Virus record (IMG/VR): IMGVR_UViG_3300046167_000453
Span: 7,694-71,693 of that record
Source: a virus
Length of the DNA: 64,000 nucleotides
Reading direction: 5' to 3' (one strand)
Shown: positions 39,859 to 49,038 of the stretch, in pieces
How positions within the stretch are numbered: position 1 is the first letter of the stretch
Layout of the letters: each line of letters opens with the position of its first letter
Notes under the pieces: generated by a model
What the model was told of the DNA's origin: nothing
The model's input: only the letters and a program-made list of their open reading frames with translations
The model's database searches: none
Translations under genes and position numbers: made by a program

Positions 39859-42734
39859 TGTTCTTCCCCCTCTAATCTTTCATTTAAATCCTTGAGTCTT
39901 TTTCCTTCTTCTTTTGAATGCTCTTTCCAAGAAGTAATAAAGTCTTCTAAGTCATCATCATCTAAGTCTATTACTTTTTCATATTTCTTTTCTAAATACT
40001 TAGCGATATCAGAAATTGAAGATATTTCTTTTCCCTCATCATCAAAAATAGGATTGGCTCTAAATCTTTGAGTCAAAACATCAAGCATCTTTGGCTTTTC
40101 TTTAATTTTTTCTCCTGTCATTTTTGCTCTTTTAATCTCAAAGAATTGTTGAAGCAAAGAAACTTCTTCTCTTTCTTGAGTAGCAGTTTTTAGGTATTCT
40201 TCTATTTCTTTACTCTTGGCGAAAAGCCTTCTACTTTTAGTTTCAAACATTTTAATATTAACATATAAATCCATAACCGCAATAACTTTATTGTCATCAA
40301 ATGCTTCAAACAATATATCAAACTCAAATTCCCTCATTCGGCCAATAAATTCTTCTCCTACCGATTCAAAATCTAAGTCTATTTCTTTAATAAACTCATT
40401 ATAGTCTTCATTTGCTTCCGTTCTAATACTATATTTACTTAACATTTCTTCTTCTTTAAATTTCTGTAACAATTCTATTACCGCATTTTCTAAATCTCGT
40501 TTAGCAAGTAAAGCCTTTTTGACTCTTTTTATAAGGCCGCCATACGGTCGTATAGGTTCATTTGAAATCACTTTACCTGAACGGTCAGTTTTTCTACCCC
40601 CCATAAAATCTTTTCTTTTTTGTGGTGGTCTAAGAGATATAGGAACAGTTTTATCCCCTTTGTATGGTTCAAAACTTTCTGGTATTACTTGTTTAATTTT
40701 TTGTTTAGCAGATTGATATTTTTTCTTCATACTATTCATTTCATACACAAATTCTGAGATTCTTTTAAACTCAGTAACATATTCTTTATTTTTCCCGAAA
40801 CCATCTACTATTTTATCTAATAACTTATTTGTTTCGAATAACATTTCTTTATTTTCGGAATACTCCTTTAGTTCTTCCTCTGTAACAGCCAACATTCTTT
40901 TTTCTTCTGCCTCTTTAGCAGAATCAATTGCTTCTTGTAACAATTTACCATGAGACTTACCAGTAACTCTTTGAAACATCTTATTTGGATTTAGTTTTTG
41001 TTTAGATGGTTTAGTGTCCATAGTAAAAGAATAATACTTACTTAAATCATCAGCAATCTCTTCGGTTAATTCATCATACTCTTTAAGTAAAACCTTTGGA
41101 ATCTTCTTAACTTTCTTTTTAAGTTTAAGACCCTGCATAATTTCTTTTTTCCTATTAGCCATGTAATTTTGAATTTCTTTTTTATCTGATTTTAGTTTTG
41201 CCCTTGGGGTAATACCATCTCCCCTTTCAGCAAACTGTTTAATAACATCTAATAAATTAACATCTTTGAATTTCTTCAATCCAAATGTTCTAGATATAGC
41301 ATTAGCACTACTAAGGATTTCGGAATAACCTTCAGATTGTGAATTGTAAGGTTTATTTCTAATTATGATTTTATAATCTCCTTTACCTTTTGAAATGTCA
41401 ATCATTCTAAGAGTTCTAATATATTCGCTCGCTTTTTTAAGTTTTCCGTTTTCTTTAATCGAATCCCTTTCTCTCCATCTTTTAATTTCTTCTGCCACTT
41501 TAGGAGAATTTACATTAGAAATCCTGCTAGTCCTAAGAGTTGAGTCTCGGTCTAATACCTGAACCTTAGTATCTTTTTCCTTCCTGTCTTTCATCCATTC
41601 GGGAGTTGTTCTTGTTGGCGTTGTTCCTCTTGGCTGTTTTTCTTTAGTTGGTTTTTCCATAAGAACCATACTTTCTGGTATTCCTAAAGTCTTTGGATTA
41701 ACTCCACCAACTTTTCTCTTTTCTCCTACTAAACTCAAAATGGCAACAATAAAATCTCCACCATATGAAAGTAGTCCACTAAGAACCTTTGCATTATGTT
41801 CTTCATTTCCTTTTAAAGGAAGTCTTACAAGAGAAACATTGTCTTTAAACTCTTTTTCTAGTTTAGCCCAGAAAGCCTTAGTAACTTTATTAACCTTACT
41901 ACTATCGTCAGTTGAGCCGAATAATCTATTCCTCTTCCTTTCTGCTTCTTTAGTTGCCTCAATCAGTTCCTCATTTCTATTATTAATTAATCTAATAATG
42001 TTAGTTGCATTTCTTTTAACCTTAACATCTTTGCTGTCATCCTTTAATTTATTAAGTGCTTCTAGTAAATAGGTATTAACTTCTCTAGTTGCACCCATGC
42101 CTTTAGCACCAGCACCACCCTTTTGTCTAGTATTTCTACCAGAAGTTTTCAAAAAATCTTTAAGTCTATTCTTATAATCATCACTGTTTTTATCTACTTT
42201 ACCACCTTTCATTGGCAAGTCTTCATAAGGAAACTTTACAGCCACTTGTTTTAATCTACTTAAGTATTTTTTTGTCTCAGGTTTATTTAAAATAGTTTTA
42301 AGTTCTCTCAGTGCAGTTTTATTATTTAATGTAAGAAAGAGTTCTTCTCCAGTAATATCAATACTTTTAGTATTTTTATCTCGGCTAAAATCACTAAGTC
42401 TAGAATCCATCTCTTTTCGACTTTGACGAAATTGTCCCTTATAATTAGAATCCTGTCTTGTTTTTTCTTCCTTCTTATGTTGTTTGATTTTTGCCATAGA
42501 TTCCCTTACTTTAAGTTCAAAACTCTTATAAGGTTTGTTATTTTTCTTTCTTTGCGCTATAATTTTTTTATTCTTTTTAACTTCCTTTAAATACCTGTCT
42601 AATTCGGCTTGGTCTGTTTTAGAAGATGTTGCATATTCTTTTCTAATATCACTTTCAATATACTCAATAAGACACTTAATTAAAAATTCTGGGTCGTTCA
42701 TACGACCTGCTAATTGTGCCTTTAGGAAGACCAT
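39855..42734 (-). CDS. 959-aa Lys/Glu-rich protein (possible internal virion protein)
   Basis: Long ORF downstream of the portal gene. Confidence 0.65.
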   Translation of the reverse strand: MVFLKAQLAGRMNDPEFLIKCLIEYIESDIRKEYATSSKTDQAELDRYLKEVKKNKKIIAQRKKNNKPYKSFELKVRESMAKIKQHKKEEKTRQDSNYKGQFRQSRKEMDSRLSDFSRDKNTKSIDITGEELFLTLNNKTALRELKTILNKPETKKYLSRLKQVAVKFPYEDLPMKGGKVDKNSDDYKNRLKDFLKTSGRNTRQKGGAGAKGMGATREVNTYLLEALNKLKDDSKDVKVKRNATNIIRLINNRNEELIEATKEAERKRNRLFGSTDDSSKVNKVTKAFWAKLEKEFKDNVSLVRLPLKGNEEHNAKVLSGLLSYGGDFIVAILSLVGEKRKVGGVNPKTLGIPESMVLMEKPTKEKQPRGTTPTRTTPEWMKDRKEKDTKVQVLDRDSTLRTSRISNVNSPKVAEEIKRWRERDSIKENGKLKKASEYIRTLRMIDISKGKGDYKIIIRNKPYNSQSEGYSEILSSANAISRTFGLKKFKDVNLLDVIKQFAERGDGITPRAKLKSDKKEIQNYMANRKKEIMQGLKLKKKVKKIPKVLLKEYDELTEEIADDLSKYYSFTMDTKPSKQKLNPNKMFQRVTGKSHGKLLQEAIDSAKEAEEKRMLAVTEEELKEYSENKEMLFETNKLLDKIVDGFGKNKEYVTEFKRISEFVYEMNSMKKKYQSAKQKIKQVIPESFEPYKGDKTVPISLRPPQKRKDFMGGRKTDRSGKVISNEPIRPYGGLIKRVKKALLAKRDLENAVIELLQKFKEEEMLSKYSIRTEANEDYNEFIKEIDLDFESVGEEFIGRMREFEFDILFEAFDDNKVIAVMDLYVNIKMFETKSRRLFAKSKEIEEYLKTATQEREEVSLLQQFFEIKRAKMTGEKIKEKPKMLDVLTQRFRANPIFDDEGKEISSISDIAKYLEKKYEKVIDLDDDDLEDFITSWKEHSKEEGKRLKDLNERLEGEEQ

Positions 42735-42745
42735 ATTAAATCAAC

Positions 42746-42973
42746 TCAAAAAGGAATGTTTTCTTTCTTTCCACGACGCTTTGAAGGTGGTAAAATAACA
42801 TCGGGAACATCATTAGAAGTTCTCATGCTTTTATGTGAAGTATCAGGAGGTAATCCACCAACTGAAAAATCTCGATTCTTTCTAAGGGTTCTTCCATCGG
42901 CTGAGTTTTGAGACTTAACCTTAGCCAATTCTTTCTTCAATCGTATTTCTTTTTGCTTTAAATCTTCTGTCAT
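42746..42973 (-). CDS. Small basic protein
   Basis: Likely start MTEDLKQK just after the portal stop. Confidence 0.55.
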   Translation of the reverse strand: MTEDLKQKEIRLKKELAKVKSQNSADGRTLRKNRDFSVGGLPPDTSHKSMRTSNDVPDVILPPSKRRGKKENIPF

Positions 42974-42974
42974 A

Positions 42975-44618
42975 TTAACCAACTCTTCTTTCTGTTCTTG
43001 AATCAACATTTTGATTTCCTGCTTCAGCAGGTAATCCAGTCATGCGCTTATCCGGCCCTACTTCGTTCCTCGCTTTATTCCTTGTGGCCGGTGGGTTCTC
43101 TTGGGGTTTAGAACCACCACCTTCTGCAAACATTCTAGTTTGTTCATCTAAATCTCTTTGGTCTAAATTAGAACCTGCTAATGGGTCTTTACCCTGTTGT
43201 TGTTCTCCTTCTGCCGGTTGTTCGGGCTGTTCCGGTTCAGGCTTTTTGAAAGTAAATTGCCCGTCTTCATCCATATCAACTTCAAATCCTAAATTTTTAA
43301 TTGAAGCAGCAATATTAACTTCTATTTCTCTTTTACGAAGACCTGCAATTTCGTCTTCTTCTTCCGATGGAGGGAGTTTTAATTCCCAATCAGTAATACC
43401 AAATTGCTTTGTTAAGTAGGGGAAAACATAATTATTGTAAACATTCTGTGCCATTTGAACTGCACGATTAGTAACAAGTATTTGCATACCTTCATTATTT
43501 AATCCACCACTGGTAGTGTTATCAGCCATAAATACTTTACTTACTCCGTAGAATGCTGAGATTCTATCTCTTAAATCATCCTTGACTGAAATATAGTCCA
43601 TTTCTTTAAGAGAATCCATAAACTTAATCCACTCTACTGCACCCTTTCCACCTTCGGCTTCAATTCCCATAACAGGAATAAAGTGTGGGTCGGCTTCCAT
43701 TTTTTCTTTAACGCCTCTCCAAAAGGCTCTCATCGAATCCATGTTTCTTGTTTGAACCGCCAAAAGACCTCTTGGCATTCTACTCTTAGTGTATGCTGAA
43801 TTGACATAATTCTCCATAGCAATAAGAGTCATAATGTGATTATATAGAGTAATAACAGGAGAAAATCCATAAAGACGACTTGGGCTGTATTTGCTAAAGT
43901 GTAGCACTTCGCCTTCTAAGAAGTATTGGTCTTCACCATTTGCTCTATTAACAAAGTGAACTGGTTTCATATTAGAACCACAGGTTTCACAAGTAGCATA
44001 AGGTTCAGTAGATAACATACTTCTATGGTTAATGCAAGTAAATCCTTTTGTTCCCTTTACTCCGTTCTCATCAGCATAAATAAACATAGTTACTGGGTCG
44101 CCTCGGTAAATCTCCTTAATGCGGTGCATTCTAATTTTACCATTACCGTCTAAGAAATATTCCTTAACCAAAACAATGTAAGCATCATCCATAGTATTCA
44201 AATCATCTTCTAATTCTTTCAATACATCAATAAATAATTGTTCAGATGGATTAACATATCCTTCCAAAAACTTTTCAGCGAATTGTAATTGCTTAACATC
44301 GGGAACTCTCAAATCATCAGATTCACAACGAGAACACTGTTGAACTGGCCTTTTGTGTTTTTTTCCACAGTTATTACAGATAGCCTCGAAAGCCTTTTCC
44401 CAAACATACCCTCTACGGTAAACTTCTTGTTTTAATTGAGTAATACAGGTTCTTACAATTACTGATTGTTGCACCATAGAATAAATAATTGGTGCAGTCA
44501 TCATGTAGTTGTTTTGCCTTTCCTGAATACCCATGTTGTATATCTGTCTATCCGCAGGTTTAGGAGTAGAACGCCTAAACAAGTTAGTAAAGGAAAATCT
44601 TCTTCTTTCTTCAGCCAT
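42975..44618 (-). CDS. Portal protein with Zn-ribbon insertions
   Basis: EVLHF...LYGFSP, PRGLL, RISAFYGV; CNNCG/CSRC and CETCG insertions. Confidence 0.9.
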   Translation of the reverse strand: MAEERRRFSFTNLFRRSTPKPADRQIYNMGIQERQNNYMMTAPIIYSMVQQSVIVRTCITQLKQEVYRRGYVWEKAFEAICNNCGKKHKRPVQQCSRCESDDLRVPDVKQLQFAEKFLEGYVNPSEQLFIDVLKELEDDLNTMDDAYIVLVKEYFLDGNGKIRMHRIKEIYRGDPVTMFIYADENGVKGTKGFTCINHRSMLSTEPYATCETCGSNMKPVHFVNRANGEDQYFLEGEVLHFSKYSPSRLYGFSPVITLYNHIMTLIAMENYVNSAYTKSRMPRGLLAVQTRNMDSMRAFWRGVKEKMEADPHFIPVMGIEAEGGKGAVEWIKFMDSLKEMDYISVKDDLRDRISAFYGVSKVFMADNTTSGGLNNEGMQILVTNRAVQMAQNVYNNYVFPYLTKQFGITDWELKLPPSEEEDEIAGLRKREIEVNIAASIKNLGFEVDMDEDGQFTFKKPEPEQPEQPAEGEQQQGKDPLAGSNLDQRDLDEQTRMFAEGGGSKPQENPPATRNKARNEVGPDKRMTGLPAEAGNQNVDSRTERRVG

Positions 44619-44629
44619 CCCTTACACCC

Positions 44630-44782
44630 CTACTTGTTTGCAGGTTTCCCATCCTCTATATACTCTTCGACCTTCATTATTGATGGTTTGCCTTGTTTTT
44701 CCCAACACTCCTTACAAAAACCAAAAGGTATGACTTTTCTATATGATTGAGTGTAACAACGAGTGCAATAAGTATATGCCAT
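44630..44782 (-). CDS. 50-aa Zn-finger protein
   Basis: Hand-translated MAYTYCTRC...GFCKECW. Confidence 0.6.
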   Translation of the reverse strand: MAYTYCTRCYTQSYRKVIPFGFCKECWEKQGKPSIMKVEEYIEDGKPANK

Positions 44783-46150
44783 CTATTCCACTCCACCAAT
44801 CTGTTCCATAGAATCCATCAAAGACATTTTATTATTACCTTGAAGTTTAGCAATATCATCCAAGTATATTCCTTCTTTAGCCCAATCAAAACCTACATGG
44901 TCTTTATGATTCTCCCACTTCATAAGTTTGAATATTTCATCACAGCGACCTTTATACCAGTCTTGTTTTTTATATGATTTTTTCATTCTTATTAACTCAA
45001 GAAGCAATTCGGCATTACCTTTCTTTAATCTAAAGTGAGGTAGGCATTTAGTTAATAAGTCAGTAACATGGTCTTGTGAATAAAAATTAAGTCTTTGGAC
45101 AGGCCGTGTGTCTTGTGGAGACTTTTGATTTAAATGCAATTTACCAAAACCAATTGACTTGTGCATTTCTTCCATAAAAGCACGACCCCTATCACCAGTA
45201 GCAATTAAGCCTACTCTTGGGTTATGGTTTCTATCCATTGTAATATATCCATCAGAGTCTATAAAAGCCGCAGTATAAGCCCAAATGTTCTTTTTGATTT
45301 CATTTGGCATTTTATAATAACCACCATTAACAACGGCAACATCTAATTTCTTTACCATTTTAGAAATCATATTAGAAGTGGTGTTCTTATGTAATACAGA
45401 AGGCATTTTATCATGAAGTTGTTTTGCTCCAATTCCGGGTTGTTTTCGTATTTCACTTTCAATAAAAGAAAGGACTCTCTCTTTCTTTGATTTAACAAGA
45501 GACTGGTCGGAGATGTTTTTAATTTCTGCTCTAAAGTCCTTCTTTGCTAAACGGCAAGTTTTCTCAAGGGAAGAGTATTCACTACCATAAACCATATCGG
45601 TTTTCTTCAAGTCATGTTCCCAAAACTTACACAATGAATCTACAACTTTCCTTCTCGATTTAACATCGCCCATCTTGTTTAATTTCATTAAATCTTTCTC
45701 GTTGAATCTCATTTTAAGCAAAGGTTCTTTGTATGGCTTTAACCAATAAATAGAATCAATGCACTTTGAAATATGGTCGGAGTAGCCATCAATAACTGTA
45801 TCAATTGCTTTAGCCATTCTTAGTCTATCTTCGCCCTTTAGTTTTCTTCTTGCTTTACGCATTTTTTTTACTAAATCTGGAATATTTTCTCCATCAACAA
45901 CATATTCATTAGGGAAAGAAGAAAGTTGTTTTCTTGCTTCACTAGCATTAATGTTTAAATTTTTAGATAAAGTATTAACTGCTTCGTAATCCGACATAAC
46001 ATAATCGGAAATACCTTTGTCTATGTCTAATTCAATACCCAAATCACTAAGGGCTTGAACGACAGGTTTCTTTTCCTCTCGTAAATCTTCCAATTCTTCA
46101 ATCTTGGGCTTTGATTCTATTAAGTTGTCTTCATTAACCATCATAACCAC
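44783..46150 (-). CDS. Protein with a C-terminal LAGLIDADG endonuclease-like domain
   Basis: YTAAFIDSDGYI, IGFGKL, CLPHFRLKK. Confidence 0.8.
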   Translation of the reverse strand: MVMMVNEDNLIESKPKIEELEDLREEKKPVVQALSDLGIELDIDKGISDYVMSDYEAVNTLSKNLNINASEARKQLSSFPNEYVVDGENIPDLVKKMRKARRKLKGEDRLRMAKAIDTVIDGYSDHISKCIDSIYWLKPYKEPLLKMRFNEKDLMKLNKMGDVKSRRKVVDSLCKFWEHDLKKTDMVYGSEYSSLEKTCRLAKKDFRAEIKNISDQSLVKSKKERVLSFIESEIRKQPGIGAKQLHDKMPSVLHKNTTSNMISKMVKKLDVAVVNGGYYKMPNEIKKNIWAYTAAFIDSDGYITMDRNHNPRVGLIATGDRGRAFMEEMHKSIGFGKLHLNQKSPQDTRPVQRLNFYSQDHVTDLLTKCLPHFRLKKGNAELLLELIRMKKSYKKQDWYKGRCDEIFKLMKWENHKDHVGFDWAKEGIYLDDIAKLQGNNKMSLMDSMEQIGGVE

Positions 46151-46151
46151 C

Positions 46152-47585
46152 TCAAAAGTTCACACCTATGACTCCATTACTATGCCGCTTATACTTGTTG
46201 GTAGTGGGCGGTTCAAATATGCCTAAGTCGTCAAGGAGTATGAATGTTTCACTCATTGTATGTGTTGCCGCATTCGCTAAGGCAAGGCTCATCACCATAT
46301 CGTCATGCGCCCCAATGCCCTCAAACTTACCTTTTTCAGTGATAGCAAACATTGATAATTCTTCAAGCAAAGTCATTGAGACTCTTCTGCTTTCTTCGTT
46401 ACCATAAGGCAAGTTAATCTTTTGATTTTCAAAATTCATTTGTAGGCTCAAAATAATCTCTTCCTTTTTCTTTCGAGTAGTATTGAAGTCGTGAACATTT
46501 AAGTCGCTGACATTTCTTAATTCTTGAGTAAAAGATTTAGCGAATGTATTTGTTTCAAATAACACAACTTCAGGATGAAACATCTTTCCAATCAACCTAA
46601 CCTTTTCTATGTTTTCTCTAAACTCTACATTCTTAGAACGGTCAATGAATACAATTGTTTTATTGTCGTGTTCATCTACTTCTAATACAGTAATAACATT
46701 GTAGTCACCATCAGTAGAAATAGCAGGGTCTACTCCAACATAATACTTAAATCCTTCACGGCGATGTGGCTTAAGAATATGTTCTTTACTCTTTGCTTTC
46801 TCTAAATACTCAGGATTAAACAAAGAAGTTCCAGTAGAGATAGGAACACACAAGTATTCTCTTGTAAACATTAAAGAACCTACTTCAGCCTTTCTTGCCA
46901 TTAGTGCATCATAATCCCATCTCTCCGGCCATAAGGGTTCATTGAGAGCATTGAAACAAGGATATGTTCGGACAGTATAAGCAGGATTTTCCTCAAGTTG
47001 TTGGTAAATATCTGTATAACTGAAAGGCGTTCCAATTACTCTCAATGAAGCGGTGTGGTGAAGTGTTGGTATCATGTCACCATAAAACCAATCTGTAACT
47101 TTTTGAATACCAGTCATACTGAACTCTTTCAAAGGGTCGTCAATAATAATCTCTTGAGGGTGGAGTCCACGAATCTGTGAACCAACGGAACGCTCTAAGA
47201 TTTGGTTTCCGTTTGTTAATGTAATATTACCAATAGCCCAACCCCTTGCAGGTTTAAATTGTTTAAGCATTGGGTGAGTAAACATCTTATCAATGTCTCT
47301 CATGTGAACCATTGTCTGCTTTTGGTTAGAAGATATATACAGCATTTGGTATGGGGGTTCTTGAAAGACTAAGTTCCAAACAACCCAACTGTGCATAAAT
47401 ACAGATTTTCCGTGGTCTCTCGAACAAACAATAACGGTTCTTTGTGTATCATTCATTAATTCAAGCCACTCTTGTTGGTATTTAGGAAACATGAAACCTA
47501 GAACATTTTGAAAGAAATAGGGGAAGGAGTTTTTAGATAACTCCATATCCATTTGATGTTCAAAGTTAAAGGTTTCTATTTCCAC
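46152..47585 (-). CDS. terL: Terminase large subunit
   Basis: Walker A SRDHGKS, IRGLH, Walker B IIIDD, IGTP, GVDPA, HDDMVMSLALA. Confidence 0.95.
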   Translation of the reverse strand: MEIETFNFEHQMDMELSKNSFPYFFQNVLGFMFPKYQQEWLELMNDTQRTVIVCSRDHGKSVFMHSWVVWNLVFQEPPYQMLYISSNQKQTMVHMRDIDKMFTHPMLKQFKPARGWAIGNITLTNGNQILERSVGSQIRGLHPQEIIIDDPLKEFSMTGIQKVTDWFYGDMIPTLHHTASLRVIGTPFSYTDIYQQLEENPAYTVRTYPCFNALNEPLWPERWDYDALMARKAEVGSLMFTREYLCVPISTGTSLFNPEYLEKAKSKEHILKPHRREGFKYYVGVDPAISTDGDYNVITVLEVDEHDNKTIVFIDRSKNVEFRENIEKVRLIGKMFHPEVVLFETNTFAKSFTQELRNVSDLNVHDFNTTRKKKEEIILSLQMNFENQKINLPYGNEESRRVSMTLLEELSMFAITEKGKFEGIGAHDDMVMSLALANAATHTMSETFILLDDLGIFEPPTTNKYKRHSNGVIGVNF

Positions 47586-47589
47586 AATA

Positions 47590-48039
47590 TCACCATTTTA
47601 CTTTATTTGCCCAATAAGCGGCACTTGTTTTGCCTCTCTTGATGTTCTTAGCGTGTCGGCTCTTAAATGATTTGCGCTTGGCTTTCATTCTTTTGCTTTC
47701 ACCCTTCTTTGGTTTTCCGGCTACACTTGCGCCCTGTTCACCAAATCGAATTGTTTTTGTTTTCTTACCGTCTTTAACAACAACAACATGAGATTTCTTA
47801 GGATGCTTTGGTGTTCTCTTTGGCTTACTAAAACCGGAAACCCCCGCCCTCTTTAATGCAGGGTGTTTCTTTCTAAGTATTCTAAAATCTTCAGCATCCA
47901 ACTTTCCGTTCTTATTTTTATCAAGTTTCTTTTGCTTAGGACTTAAAGCCTTATTTGTTTTCTCTCTACAAGTTGCACAATCGCAATCCATTTTTTCAGT
48001 GCCACAATGGGCTTTTAAAACTTCTTTCCATTTACTCAT
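47590..48039 (-). CDS. Tagged basic protein with an EF-hand-like loop and an IRFG...SF..RH...AAYWA domain
   Basis: MSKWKEVLK; DKNKNGKLDAED; TIRFGEQG...SAAYWANKVKW. Confidence 0.7.
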   Translation of the reverse strand: MSKWKEVLKAHCGTEKMDCDCATCREKTNKALSPKQKKLDKNKNGKLDAEDFRILRKKHPALKRAGVSGFSKPKRTPKHPKKSHVVVVKDGKKTKTIRFGEQGASVAGKPKKGESKRMKAKRKSFKSRHAKNIKRGKTSAAYWANKVKW

Positions 48040-48437
48040 TTTTCTCGCCTCATTTGATTCTCTTTAGACTTTACATCATCATCAATTGGGCCACCTTTGG
48101 CCCAAGTATAACAAGTTCTTGCCGAATGGCATTTGAAATCGTGCATCCAACAATAACCTAAACGACCGTCTTTATCAGTAGATAGTGGCATACATTCATC
48201 CATTCTAGGAGATATGTCAAATGCAACACAGTTACTACAATTGGATTTCTTAGCAACCTTAGCAGTAGTATTCCATCGTTTAGCATATTCTTCCCAATAC
48301 TTTTCATCATTTAGATTAAGAGGCCCATATTGAATATGTTTTTCTTTAACAGCCCTATCTCGGTTTTTAGTATTTAATTTTAAGTTCTGCGTTGGCATAG
48401 GACAAGAGAGTTCCTTTATAATTATTTTCCAACTCAT
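48036..48437 (-). CDS. Tagged Cys-rich protein with a HiPIP-like Cys pattern
   Basis: MSWKIIIK; NCSNC...GYC...TCYTW. Confidence 0.7.
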   Translation of the reverse strand: MSWKIIIKELSCPMPTQNLKLNTKNRDRAVKEKHIQYGPLNLNDEKYWEEYAKRWNTTAKVAKKSNCSNCVAFDISPRMDECMPLSTDKDGRLGYCWMHDFKCHSARTCYTWAKGGPIDDDVKSKENQMRREK

Positions 48438-48658
48438 CTTGTAAACGCCCCTCTTCTTTTAGGCTTATGAGTATAAATGTCTCCATCTCGGTGCATAAAT
48501 ATTTTTCCTTTCTTTTGTAAATTAGATAGTGCTGCTTTAATTTCAGATTCTTCTCCAAACTGTTTTAGGTTCTTCATACCCAATGCACCGCCTTCTTTCT
48601 TAATTTCAGCAAGTATTTTTGCTTCAATGTCCATTTTTAATATATCTTCCCAATTCAT
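48434..48658 (-). CDS. Tagged small wHTH-like protein
   Basis: MNWEDILK; EAKILAEIKK...IKAALSNLQKKGKI. Confidence 0.65.
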   Translation of the reverse strand: MNWEDILKMDIEAKILAEIKKEGGALGMKNLKQFGEESEIKAALSNLQKKGKIFMHRDGDIYTHKPKRRGAFTR

Positions 48659-49038
48659 GCACCTTTCCTCCTTTTATAAGTTTTACAAGCACCACAAGTC
48701 GGCCTACATCTTTGTTTAGTTCCTTTAGAAGCATCTTTACGACCACAAGGTTTTGTTCCTTTCTTATCATCTTCACATGATTGACAAGAAACCCAACCCT
48801 TTTGTCCACCTCCACCTTTTCTTGAAAACCAACCGTGTAGTCCCGATTCTTTTTCTCTTTTGAAATTATCTCCGCCTTTCTTTACAGAATTGCCCCAATT
48901 CTTTGCACCAACTTTACGGCATTGAACCAAAGCACCGGAAGCATAAGCAGAAGGCCATTTCTTATATCGGCTTCTTACTTTGGTATAACAAGCATCCTTT
49001 TTCTTTTTCAATTCTTCAAACCAAAGTTCCGTCATCAC
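48655..49038 (-). CDS. Tagged basic Cys-containing protein (WPSAYASGA domain)
   Basis: LWFEELK; KKDACY...WPSAYASGALVQCRK; GLHGWF...KPCGR...CRP. Confidence 0.7.
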   Translation of the reverse strand: MMTELWFEELKKKKDACYTKVRSRYKKWPSAYASGALVQCRKVGAKNWGNSVKKGGDNFKREKESGLHGWFSRKGGGGQKGWVSCQSCEDDKKGTKPCGRKDASKGTKQRCRPTCGACKTYKRRKGA

